The position numbers and the translations under genes were made by a program. Shown here in pieces: positions 1 to 12,780 of a stretch of DNA of 64,000 nucleotides. Numbering within the stretch: position 1 is the stretch's first letter; every line of letters begins with the position of its first letter. The notes beneath the pieces were generated by a model. It searched no databases. It was not told the DNA's origin and saw nothing but the letters and a program-made list of their open reading frames with translations. The DNA is from the human T2T-CHM13v2.0 reference genome, Homo sapiens, in assembly GCF_009914755.1 (NCBI RefSeq), contig NC_060932.1. One strand, written 5' to 3'.

Positions 1-579
<579 letters not shown>

Positions 580-1025
580 TAAGGAAAAAGATAATGACAA
601 ATATTCAGCAAACACATGAGTTATTTTTAATACATGAAAGTTGCAATGATAACCTAAATTAACTAAACAGCAGATTAAGTGACCTTTTAAAAAATGTTAT
701 GGTTTCATTCTTCAAGTTCAAGTACTATGAACAGTTTTTTTCATTATTTTCTATCAAGGACTGGTAATATGAAGTGAGTATCCTTCTAATGAAAATTAAC
801 CTTTGATAAGAAGAGCACAGCCTTGGCAAAAACAGCTGCACAGTCAAGTCAGCGATGATTCCAATCCCGATCCTGCCATTCATTAGTTCTGCACCCTCTG
901 TGTCATCTGACCACTGGGAACACCACCCTTTCCCTTCTGAGAAGGAAAGGAGACGATACCCATGAAGCCCTTGGCATGGCACCAGATACTCCTGCAACAG
1001 GTGCTCCTGGCCTCCAGGCCAATGA

Positions 1026-1397
<372 letters not shown>

Positions 1398-1522
1398 AAC
1401 AAAAGATATTTGTTGTTTTAAATGGACTCAAGTAGCAACACTGAAACAAGGACAATATATGATCAGGAAATGTTTCTATGGAAAGTTTGAAGAAGAAGTA
1501 TCTTATCAAGATTTCTTCTACA

Positions 1523-1815
1523 GGCCAGGCATGGTGACTCACAACTGTAATCCTGGCACTTTGGGAGGCCGAGGCAGGAGGATGCTCAAGGCCAGGAGTT
1601 CAAGACCAGCCTGGGCAACATAGCAAGACCTCATCTCTACTAAAAATTGAAAAAAAAAAAAAAATTGCTAGGCATGGTGGTGTAGTCCCAACTACTAAAG
1701 GAGGCTGATGTGGGAGGATCACTTGAGTCCAGGAGTTCCAGACTGTAGTGAGTTATGACTGCACGACTGCACTCTAGCCTGGACAACAGAGAGACCCTGT
1801 CTCCAAAAAAAAAAA
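1523..1815 (+). mobile_element. AluJ
   Basis: Dimeric Alu with J-type features; TSD aagatttcttcta / aagacttcttcta. Confidence 0.88.
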
Positions 1816-1845
1816 GACTTCTTCTATTAAAAAAAACAAATTCCT

Positions 1846-2143
<298 letters not shown>

Positions 2144-2169
2144 CTCATTTGGTAATGAAACGATTTAAA

Positions 2170-2420
2170 AAAAAATTTTTTAAATACATATGTTTAAGGT
2201 ATAGAGCACGTTTGATATATGTAAACATAGTAATATAATTGATTACTACATTCAAACAAATGAACGCATCCATCACCTTACATGGTTATCTTTTGTGATA
2301 AGAGCACCTAAAATATACTTTGAGCAAATTTTTTTATATACAATACACTGTTATTAACTATAGTCCTTAGACTGCCCATTTGATCTCTAGACTTAATATC
2401 CTATATAACTGCAAGTTTGT
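2170..2420 (-). mobile_element. L1MA-type 3' end fragment
   Basis: catccatcacc...tgttattaactatagtc...gatctctagactt resembles an antisense L1MA 3'UTR. Confidence 0.65.
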
Positions 2421-4252
2421 TCACTAATTTTTTAAAGAAACCTATTTACTCTATGATTTTAATGGCTTTTATGAAAAAGAATAATTATATTCATCCTCCA
2501 AAGTCTTGAATTTTGCAGTTTGCTTGTTTTTCTAATTACAGAAAAAAAACTACAAAACATTTTTGTTAGTCTTACAGAAGCAGAAGTTCTTATGCTGTTT
2601 GAGACAGGAAAGAAAAGTAAATTTTTTTTTTTAGGGTAAAAGCACTTGAGGTATTTAGTTATGTAAGCTGACGTCAGGATTCAAGTAACAATATCTGAAT
2701 AATAATGTTCTATTTTAAAAGACAAGGTTAGAATTGTCTTTATGGTGGGCCAAGGTGTTTTAATTTTGTTCCTAATAATTATCTCTTACTATCTGATGTT
2801 TGTGAGGTTGTTTGACGAACCTTTACAAGCGGTTTTAATTATCATGATTTGTTTACACTTTTGTTTAAATTTCTAACAGTCCTGCATTTTGGCCAAAGGA
2901 AGTAATGGACCTGATATTCTACTGTGGAAAATTTACTGAATTTTAGCATTACATTTAAGAGAGAACACACTGACATTTACGTAAAGAATGTTTTATTTTA
3001 ACAAAAGATATTCAAATAGTGTGCAGAGTTTTGAATTAAAAAGTTGAATACTAGTTAACTCTTGAGAGGAGGAGGAAACCAGAAGAAACCCCTACTTCAT
3101 TTCACAAAGGCCTTTTTCTAAACATGCTATGGACTAAATCAGTAACTATGTCCTCTACTAAGCTACTGGGGCGGCCCGTGTTGAACTCATCTTAGTATTT
3201 TCAACCCCTAATGCAACGCATGCCAGGTGTTCAACAAATTCTTGATCAATAAGAAAATAAAACATCACAAAATTAAACAGGGCACATAAAATTATTTCTC
3301 CATTTTAAAAATAGAAAAAAAAGAGTATTAAAGGATTTAGTGAGGTGACACCTCTATAAATGGGTTAAATTGTCACTGCAACTTATACCCTCTAATTCCC
3401 AGTCCGATATCCAACTCACCACACCACCTTATGAAGACTAAAGGGGCTCTGGAAGGCTAGAGGAAGCTGGAAATAAGTCTCTCTTTTTTCACCAGACTCC
3501 TATTACATGTTATCACCATCTCTGTCATGGATCTATCACAAACTCATGTTCTAATATTGTGTGTGCACATCTTATCTCCCTTACGAGCCAGAGAGGGCAA
3601 GAAGCGCCCTCTGTTTTCCTCTGTTTTAAAATGGAGGCTACGTTCTTCTCCTACCACCGCACATTGGCTTTCTTCTTTCTCACTTCCATTGCTCTTGTTC
3701 ATACTGAATCAATCAATGAATGAATGAATGACTGTGTGCTCTACTCTGCAGCCTCTAACAACATCTTTAAGAAGCCAAAAGCAAATTAAAGGCATCATGA
3801 GTAAAGCTAAACAGAAACCAAGGTCTGACTGTCCCAAAGTTAAACAGAAAACAAGCTCCAAAATGTTAGCCCAACAAAAGGAGTCTGTGGAAGGCCAGGG
3901 TGGCCCAGCTGAGTGTGAGGCCAGCGGAGGCTCCTCCTCCATGACTCACACAGTGGTCAGATTAGCAGGAGGCCCTTTCTCTACTCCCCTAAATCTCCAG
4001 AAGCAATCGTGTGATTCCGTGTGCGTCCAGCAACCCCACTGCATCCAGGTTCTAGTAAGCTAGGATGTGAATTGCTAGGAAAAAACCTATGTTTATTCCA
4101 TCAAAAATGTCATTACCATAAGAGCCTAATAATTATACATTTGCACACCGATAGAGGAAATGATACCTGGAAGGGATTAACAGTCTACTCTTTTTTCTTC
4201 CTTCTTGCCAACCACCAAAAGTATGCCAGGAAGGGAAAAAAAACAAACTTAC

Positions 4253-4364
4253 TTTGAGCAGCCAAGTGAGAACTGAGTCACGATATGGAACAAATTTATT
4301 CTTGTTTTTGCCAGCACTCTGATCTGCAAGAGCTGAGATAACCAGACCGAGGGTTGTGAGGGAC
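4253..4364 (-). CDS. KIF13B: KIF13B exon 10, (K)[37 protein letters not shown]
   Basis: catgcAG|GTCCCTC...CTCAAA|GTaagt; 112 nt; loop 12 (K-loop) and the PYRDSxLTWLL motif. Confidence 0.98.
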
Positions 4365-4855
4365 CTGCATGGTGCAACAAACCAAAATAATTACAAAAAT
4401 GAAATATATCAAATGTCACATTTTAGCACAAAGATTGAACACTAAGATGCCCTTGTACCTGCATGTGAGCAGCACCCTGTCAGCATTTTGCCGCTCAGTT
4501 CAAAAGCACACAACTCAAAATAGTTATTTTCCCCCAATACTACTATAAGCAATAAAAATGCTTAGCCTAATATTTTGTAGTACCTAAAAATGTGAGCTAT
4601 AAATCTTCAGGTCAATATAACACCAAAACCATGTATCTTTAAGAAAGGAAGCCAGAAACACAATAATTAAACCATAGTACAAAGCAAAAATTGTATATAT
4701 GAGATTCAATAATAGGATAGCATCTGGGTGACAGTGTTTTATCATCTCCATTTGGTTTCTTTATGACTCCTATGTGTCCTTCTGGGAGCCAAGGACAGAA
4801 AAACTTCCTACCCATAATGAGCTAACAATTTGGCTTGAGGGAGAAAATGTGAAGT

Positions 4856-5074
4856 CCATATGAAGGAACTGATAAACAAAATATTACTTCGTATTATTCG
4901 TAGCACAGGATCACCCCTCCCATGAAAAGAATTACCTGACCCAAAACAGCAATAGGGCCACTGCTGAGAAACCCTGACCTGACTGAGGCTGTGCTCTTCA
5001 GCCCCATCAAGCACCTCAACAAAACCTAAAATGAGCCCACATGAAGGAACTGGTAAACAAAATATTACTTCGTA
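4856..5074. repeat. 138-bp templated copy (4902-5039) of 5393-5530 bracketed by a 38-bp direct repeat
   Basis: Direct comparison: 5 mismatches over 138 bp; the repeats at 4856-4893 and 5037-5074 differ at 2 of 38 positions. Confidence 0.95.
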
Positions 5075-5233
5075 AAGTCTTAGCTTCTTGGACTTGGACA
5101 AGCATGACAGTGTTTAGTAAAGGAAAAGCTCAACGTGGTTAGTACAAGTTTGTCCAAAGAGCAACACACAGGTCAAGATCAACAGTTCCACTCTGAGAGA
5201 CCAATTAGCTTTGATCCTCTCTATAGCTTAGAC

Positions 5234-5467
5234 CAGTGGTTCTCAACTGGAGGGTGACTATGCCCCCACAGGGAACAGCCATGGTTGTTGAAAGTGAGTT
5301 TGGGTTGACACACCTGGGGGTGGGGGAAGAGGCGGCAGCTACTATCGCCATCTAGTGGGGAGAAGCCAGGGATGCGGCTAGACACTCTACAAAGCACAGC
5401 ATCACCCCTCCCATGAAAAGAATTACCTGACCCAAAACAGCAATAGGGCCACTGCTGAGAAACTCTG
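5234..5467 (+). mobile_element. MER20 (hAT-Charlie MITE)
   Basis: Ends cagtggttctcaac...gagaaactctg; internal catctagtggg...gccagggatgc...aagaatta matches the recalled MER20 consensus. Confidence 0.88.
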
Positions 5468-5650
5468 ACCTGACTGAGGCTGTGCTCTTCAGCCCCATCA
5501 GGCATCTCAACAAAACCTAAAATGGGCCCAGGCCCATTGAAAATACCAGAAAAAAATTTCAAATCACCTTAATATTTTAATAACCACAGATGTTCCCCTA
5601 TTGGCTATTAAATAAATAAAGCAATAAAAATAAGCTTTGAGAGCACTTAC

Positions 5651-5763
5651 TTGTTAATGTTGCTCCCTTCCTTCAGCCTGTCCCCTGCAGCGCCTGTCTT
5701 CGTTGCTCGTTCACTGCCAGCTAAATCCACCAGGCTGAGTTTGCCCACTTTCTCTCCAGATGT
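5651..5763 (-). CDS. KIF13B: KIF13B exon 9, [37 protein letters not shown](K)
   Basis: cctttgtAG|ACATCTGG...ATTAACAA|GTaagt; 113 nt; switch II DLAGSE. VGKLS and RATKT distinguish KIF13B from KIF13A as I recall the two proteins. Confidence 0.98.
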
Positions 5764-5803
5764 CTACAAAGGAAATCAATCAATACTAATCAACAGGAAC
5801 ACA

Positions 5804-6100
5804 GGGCCAGGTGTGGTGGCTCATGCCAGTAATCCCAGCACTTTGGGAGGACAAGGAAGGAGGATCACCTGAGCCCAGGATTTCAAAAACAGCCTGGGCA
5901 ACACAGCAAAATCCTGTCTCCACAAAAAAATAAAAATAAATAAAAATAGCTGGCCATGGTGGCGTGTGCCTGTAGTCCCAGCTACTTGGGAAACTGAGGT
6001 GGGAGATCACTTGAGCCCAGAAGTTCCAGGCTACAGTGAGCTATGATTGCACCTCTGCATTCCAACCTGAGCGACACAGTGAGACCCTGTCTCTTAAAAA
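5804..6100 (+). mobile_element. AluJ, 40 nt upstream of the exon 9 acceptor
   Basis: Dimeric Alu with J-type features. Confidence 0.88.
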
Positions 6101-7314
6101 ACAATACAAAAAGCAGTTCTGTCACAACCAAATGGGTTATGATCTAAACCCTTTATTAAAAGTATTTACTGTTACTTCAAAATTATTTTGTGCTGCTATA
6201 ACACACTGTAAGAAAACTGTACAATCTAACGGTGGAGACACAGAAAATTTATAAAACTCTACTAATCCAGCCAGGATGAAAGCTAATTATCTCAGGAAAA
6301 CAGTGCCTCCAAAATGGGCCATTTTGAAGGGTGCCCAATGAAATTTTCAGAGCAGTATACAAAAGTACTTATAAGACTCAAATTTTACTATTATTGGAAA
6401 CTGTGTTTAAAATTTCATGGATATTTATCAATAATCCTGAGACAAAACACTTGCAATTCTGACATAAAAAAAAAATCTGACCTTTATACAACAGAAGAAC
6501 CCCTCAAAATCTCAAAACATTTTGTAACATTTACATCTTATTCATATATAATTCCATTTCATGTCAGGTGTTATTAGATTTACATCTTTTTCTAATTAAG
6601 ATATTATATACATACAGATACATAGATATCTTTATCAAAAGTGTTTTCTTATCAAGCACATACATGTAACATACTTCGTACTTCAATAGCAATATAAGGA
6701 ATGTAGGAAACCAACACCAAAATCTATAGACTGAATCATTTTTAAAGCTTTCCTTTAAAATAGACATTTATTTCCATAAATAAACATGCTGTTAACAAAA
6801 GGTTATTCAGTGTCCCAAATCAAAAGTACTTTTAGTTAAAAAAAAAAAAAAAAAAGTCTTCAGTATGTTTTTTGTTTTATGCTGAAAAGGAAATAAGAAA
6901 CAAAGAACTTTTTGTTGTTACACTAATCTTGCTGTGATGGTAAAAGGAGAAAAATATGCTTTCAGCAGATGAAAATCCTGCCAAAATATAGCACTTTGCC
7001 AGGGTGATTATTTTACCTTCTGGTATTTAAAATGGACACACTAGGGGGTAGGCATCATAATAAAATATGTAAAATTCACATAAAAAGAGGGAAAACGCAA
7101 ATATACTAGGCAACAGAGAAGTTTGCAATGCAGCAGAAGCATGTTTATCTCTGACTGGGTTTACTCTTCACTAGATTCAAAACCAAACACTCAAAAAGTT
7201 ATTCCACAAAAGCAAGTGATTTTATAGTACAATTGCCCCAGTGTCATTTATTCCTTCTAATAGTGTTTCACAGAAGGCAACACTGCAAAAGAACCTCTGC
7301 TAAATCAGCTAGAA

Positions 7315-7603
7315 TTTTTTTTTTTTTTGAGACAGAGTCTTGCTCTGTTGCCCAGGGCAGTGGGGCAATCATAGCTCACTGCAGTCTCAAGCTCCTGGGC
7401 TCAACCAATCCTCCCACCTCAGCCTCCCTAGTCACTAGGTCTATGGGCATGAACCACCCACACCTTGCTAATTTTCAAATATTCTGTAGAAATGGAGTCT
7501 CATTATGTTACCAGGCTGTTCTCCAACTCCTGGGCTCAAGCAATCCTCCCGCCTTGGCCTCCCGAAGTGCTGGGATTACAGGTGTGAGGCACAGTGCCTG
7601 GGC
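7315..7603 (-). mobile_element. AluJ
   Basis: Antisense dimeric Alu. Confidence 0.87.
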
Positions 7604-7659
7604 AAGCGAGAGCATTACCATTGGCTCACGCAGTTAGCCGTCACAGTTTAAAACTCAAA

Positions 7660-8184
7660 AACTGCTGGGGCAGACAGTGGGCCATCGGTGCACTTAACTT
7701 CTGCTCCACCTTCCTTTAGTGGGAGTGGGCAGGAAGCTTAAACCCACATTTCTCAGACTCCCTGGCCACCCAGGCTCAGGATACACCTGCTAGAGGCTGG
7801 AACGCAAAAGCAGAGCAGAGGCTGCCTGCTGCCCCTTTCTGGCTCTTTCTGCTGGCAGCGGGACTGGGGAAATGCAAGCACATTCTCCAGGTTCCAGGGT
7901 GCTACGAGGCAGCAGCATGGACAGAAGCAACTTCTCTATTCCTGCTTCCTGGATCACAGCTATGGGTATGCCTGGAACACAGAGTTCTAGAGGTGTCCTC
8001 AAAGGTGTCACCACCCCGGGAGCCAGATGTGTGCTGTTCAGAAAGTTATTCCTCGAGAGGCAGTCTAGAACCTGGTCCTCCTCAGATGTCCCAACAACCC
8101 TGGAATGACCTGCTTCCCTACATGACATCCTTTTCTATTGACCTAGAGGAGCTTCTGTTTCTCGTCCAGAGTCCTCATTGATAC
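7660..8184 (+). mobile_element. LTR33-like ERVL LTR
   Basis: acatttctcagactccct, ggatcacagcta and the terminal ttctgttt...tgataca resemble LTR33. Confidence 0.6.
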
Positions 8185-8290
8185 ACAAGTCTAGCCAGGA
8201 CTTTAATTCATCTAACACCTGAAGAGGAAAAAAATAAAACCACAATCCACTTTAGAAATATAAAAACAGGTCATGCATCTGAACACCTAC

Positions 8291-8425
8291 CCCAGACTTC
8301 ACATCGTAGAGAGTATGTGTGAGGGTGATTTTGAAAACTGCATGGGATCGGCTACTCTCCTCGTTCATGTTGGTTGCAGCAACTGTGCGAGATTTGTTAC
8401 CCTCAGACATCAACGACTCAATATC
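8291..8425 (-). CDS. KIF13B: KIF13B exon 8, DIESLMSEGNKSRTVAATNMNEESSRSHAVFKITLTHTLYDVKSG
   Basis: ccacttAG|GATATTGAG...TCTGGG|GTaggt; 135 nt; switch I NxxSSRSH. Confidence 0.98.
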
Positions 8426-9139
8426 CTAAGTGGAAACAAGTCATAGACCCACGTTTCATTACTTGTGTAATACACACTAAAATCCTGCTATACTACAAAA
8501 TTCATTGCAAGTTTTGCTACTTAGTCAACAACATTTGGAGTTAACATTTTGTTTCTCAATGAATATTGAGCCCCATGGAGTACAATAGCCAATACTGTCT
8601 CTGAAAACTTTCAAAGTACATCATTTGCTACAGGTACAGAGGTGGCAGCCTTGACTCAAAGTTCAGAAGCTACACCTTTGGTCACACAAGATGAACAAGT
8701 ATGCCACACCAACCCTCATCTAATATAGAAATTTGAAAAAACGTAGTTTCTTTAATACAGAAGCAATACAAATTTATTGTTAAATTAGATTATACAAATA
8801 AGCAACACAAATAACTTAAATAACTTGTGCCATTTGTCGCTTCATACAGGCATATCACCGACTACCACTATCTTAGCAGACCTGGTTTTAAAAATGAGAA
8901 CCTCAAGAGACTAATTTTCTGCATTGATTTACCACTTGGTTGCTACTACTACTAAAAAAGAGAAACAACAAAATACAATAGGAAGGTCAAGGGATTTTCT
9001 TTTTTTTTTTTAATGTTATAAGCTCTAAAACAGTTAACCAACCTGGATTTTAACTGCATTAATAACAATGCAGAGCTATGACACCCATCTGCCTTACAAG
9101 GATCTTAATGAGGAGTGAGAAAAATGTATGTGCAAAAGT

Positions 9140-9685
9140 CGACTAGATGCTTCCCATTACCCAGTCTTCACTTCTTTCCAGTAGGGCAGCCCAATCTTCA
9201 ACTTGGCACATATGGCCGAGCTAAGAGACTACATTTCCCAGATGCCCTTGCAGCTCACTCTGGCCTCATGACATTTTAGTGAATAAGATTTAAAATTAAA
9301 ATACGCCATCTGGGAATTCTCCTTAAGGGTGTAGGCATGCTATCTCGTGTTGGTTCTAAGAGCCATCTTGAACTATGGGAATAAGGACATTACCACACCT
9401 CTCTGTGTTGACCACTGGAAGGAATCTAGGTCCCTAATAACACATTTGGGGCCACCATACCAGCCCTGGAGAGTCTACCTCCATATTTCTTTTCCATGAA
9501 AAGCCTTGTTTCAATCACCATTCATTCACACTTTCAAATGTATACTGAAAGCACCTACCATAGGACAGGTACTTTTCAGACACTGAGAATATATAATGGA
9601 CAAAACAGATAATAATCCATGTTTCAAATAACTCTGATACATTTTTTTAATGTTAGGTGCAACTGAACACAATCCTACCTGACAC
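9140..9685. mobile_element. MLT1-type (MaLR) LTR remnant with an internal L2-like piece
   Basis: actacatttcccagatgcccttgcagct, gccatcttg and ataccagccctgga motifs. Confidence 0.55.
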
Positions 9686-10105
9686 ACATCATCAAAAACT
9701 GAAAATCACAATTTTCTATTAGAAGAAGAATGTTTACAAAAAAATTCACCATGATACATAAAAAGCCTCAAAGTAAAAACATTAACTGCAAAAGGAAGTA
9801 TAAGTAGGCCCCAGAATGGGAAAACAACAACAAAAGATAAAATTCACAATTTTCTAGATTGATTCCAAACCCACTTTAGATTCACTAAGTCTGATAACTT
9901 TTCATTTAAAAGCCTCATCCTATTTAGTCTATATTTATTCGCTTGTCTGTGATCAACTATCTCATTTTTAGGATTTTTGTAAAGTGATTTATTAAGTGAT
10001 GCTATTATATATGCAATTTTTAAAAATAACAAATTAAGCCAAGAAAAAAAAGAGCCCCACCCTACTACACTAAATTTAAATAGTTCACATACAGGATGTT
10101 GTTAC

Positions 10106-10193
10106 CTTGTAGCTTGTGACAGCCAGTTTAGAAAGTCCGTCGACATAAGGTCCCAACACACTATGCTCTCTGACTTTCAACGTCTGACGGCTT
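10106..10193 (-). CDS. KIF13B: KIF13B exon 7, (G)[29 protein letters not shown]
   Basis: tgaacAG|AAGCCGTC...TACAAG|GTaaca; 88 nt; kinesin-3 LxVREH...GPYV motif. Confidence 0.97.
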
Positions 10194-10875
10194 CTGTTCA
10201 TGAAAAACAAAGAAATGATTTTTTAACAATAGCCTATTTTTAAAAAGGACTCAGCTCTGCTCCATAAAAATATACAATGAATCCAAGAAAGACCCCAAAT
10301 AAGTAAAACCAACTGACTTGATCCCAGAAGAATTTAAACCAAACTTTAAAATCTTCACTGCGAAGAAAACTTCATAATGTGATTAAATATCACATCACTC
10401 AAAAGGGTATATTGTGGGATGCCTATTTACTTACTACAAAGAATGCAGAGTCAAATAAATATGAACAATCTATTTGTCTTACAGAGAATGTGGTACAAAG
10501 AGCAGAAACTCAGTAAATGTTAACTGTGCGAGAAAGGAAAACTACAGACCAGTCTCAGTCATGAAGAAAGACAAACCAAAGACAGTAAACTGAATCCAAT
10601 GATTTCAAAATACAAAACTGGGCTTATCTCAGGGCTTCTAGGCTATCCACCATTGGAAAAAAGAGCCATGCGCTTTAATCACATTGACAGCCTAAGGGGG
10701 CGGAGGAGGGAAGTATGATCATTTCAATAAACGCATGAAAAAAGATTCAATAAAATTAAAATTAAATATTCATTAAGTTTTTTTTTTTTTAAAAGAAAAC
10801 CCCTCTTAGCAAAGAAGGAACTAATAAACCCAATAAAGGACATCTGAGAAAAATGTAGAGCACAGATAGCATACT

Positions 10876-10931
10876 TAATAATATAAACCAAAAATATTAA
10901 GAATAATAATATAAACCAAAAATATTAAGAA
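10876..10931. repeat. Perfect 28-bp tandem duplication
   Basis: taataatataaaccaaaaatattaagaa twice, followed by a partial third unit. Confidence 0.92.
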
Positions 10932-10945
10932 TAAACCAAAAAATA

Positions 10946-11215
10946 AGGGTACAAAGTTTCTGTTAGGAGGAGTAAGTTCTTGAGATCTACTGCACAGCAT
11001 GGTGACTATAGTCAGCAACATAATGTGTATTTCAAAATTGCTGAGAGTAGACAGACTTTAAATGTCTGCACCACAAAAAAAATGGTAAGTGTGTGAGGTG
11101 ATGGATATGTTAATTAGCTTGATATAATCATTCCATAGTATATACATGATCAAAACACACTGTACTCCATAAACATATACAATTCTCATTTGTCAATTAA
11201 AAATCAAATTATAAA
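10946..11215 (+). mobile_element. L1MA-type 3' end
   Basis: gggtacaaagtttc...gagatctactgcacagcatggtgactatag...gtgaggtgatggatatgttaattagcttgat...tgtcaatta. Confidence 0.8.
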
Positions 11216-11356
11216 AAAGAATGTCAATGATAAGGTTACTGATTTTCATTTTATATTTTTGTTTATCCTTATTTTAAATCACGAATGTGTGTCCACTTTT
11301 GAACTACACAAAATCTTTTTTAAAATAAGTAATAAATTATAATCCTTAAAGTTTGT

Positions 11357-11638
11357 TTTTTTTTTTTTTTTTTTCCAATGGAGTCTTGCTCTATCACCCA
11401 GGATCTCAGCTCACTGTAACCTCCGCTTCCCAGGTTCAAGCAGTTCTCCTGCCTCATCCTCCCGAATAGCTGGGATTACAGGTGTGCATCACCACACCCA
11501 GCTCATTTTTGTATTTTTAGTAGACACAGGGTTTTGCCATGTTGGCCAGGCTGGTCTCGAACTCCTGACCCCAAGTGATCTGCCCGCCTCAGCCTCCCAA
11601 AGTGCTGGGATTAGAGGTATGAGCCACCGTGCCCAACC
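11357..11638 (-). mobile_element. AluS with a small internal deletion
   Basis: Antisense Alu; the ctggagtgcagtgg segment is missing. Confidence 0.87.
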
Positions 11639-12549
11639 AATGCGTCAAGTTTTTGGGTGGTTCTTTGACGCCTATGAAGAGAGGTGCACACTCCTCAGCT
11701 TGCTACGCATGCTCCTTTATAATCTGCTCTTGACCACCTCTTAGTCAGCTTCTCCTTATCCTCACCTTAGGCATGAATTAATTTACTTTTATCCATTTGT
11801 ATTATAATAAACTTTGGGCTCTAGAACAGCAAGAATAATGTCTAATTATTTTGGGAGTCTGCAGTTCCTAGCACAAGTCCTGGCACATAAGAATCACTAA
11901 GTGAATGAACAGACTTCACTAACAAAGTGAAGATTAGAGAGATTAAGATGACAGTGAGGACTCCAAATGTGTTAGCTTCCGTCATTTGGAGAGCGAGTGC
12001 TAGTAACTAAGAAGGCAGGAGAGGAAGGGAAGAAATGTAGAACACATATAATGAATGACTAGCACAGAAGCTGAACCACATTCAATCACTAACACCCATA
12101 ATAAAGACAGCAAGAAGAGGATAGTTCTAGAATAACCCTTCATATAAACAGTAAAATCAGGGGATAAGGAAATGACTCTTAAATCTAAAATCTATAGTAC
12201 CCTAGGATCAACCATTAAAAATGTCACTTATTACCATGTAACTGGATAAAGTAGATATAGAATATTTGATTTACTTCTCGCCCAGGATATAGTCTATTAT
12301 TGACTTTTTTCCTTTCATATTTCCTTTTTCTTAATGTATCCTCTATTATCTCCTGAGTAAAACAACATAATTACATTACTATATACTAGATGCTGAATTA
12401 ATATAATTAGTACGTGAATAAAAAATGAAGTTTTCTCAAATGGTCTTTGACTGAAATGAGATCACCTTTAGAGATTTTAATCCATTTACTTTGAATCTTC
12501 AGAAACTAAAAAAAAAAAATTTCCAAGAAATTTTCACTGGGGAGATAGC

Positions 12550-12780
12550 AGCAGCTACCACTTATTGAGCACTTACTGTATGCCAGCAAATGTTCTAAGA
12601 CCTCAGGTGTATCATCCCAGTCTATCTTCACAACAGCCCTCTGAGATAATTGTATCCTATCATTTCCCTCTTCAAGTTCCCTCTAGGCTGACAAGTTAGG
12701 CCTGGAAAGCTTAAGAAACTTGTTCAATAGGTAACAAGTAGAGGACCTAGATCCTGAGCTATGCAAATCCGAAGCTCTTC
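12550..12780 (-). mobile_element. MIR fragment
   Basis: ttattgagcacttactgtatgccag...tcttcacaacagccct resembles MIR. Confidence 0.5.

Noticed and set aside
2668-2677. Perfect CRE palindrome ctgacgtcag
   Set aside because: A single isolated 8-mer in AT-rich intron; about one is expected by chance in a window this size.
4459-4476. Possible 18-nt cryptic microexon (acAG|GGTGCTGCTCACATGCAG|GTacaa)
   Set aside because: Weak donor, no pyrimidine tract, and it would insert residues into the conserved alpha-4 helix region.
4808-5562. Two similar minus-strand ORFs suggesting paralogous peptides
   Set aside because: The similarity comes from the 138-bp local duplication of MER20 and its flank.
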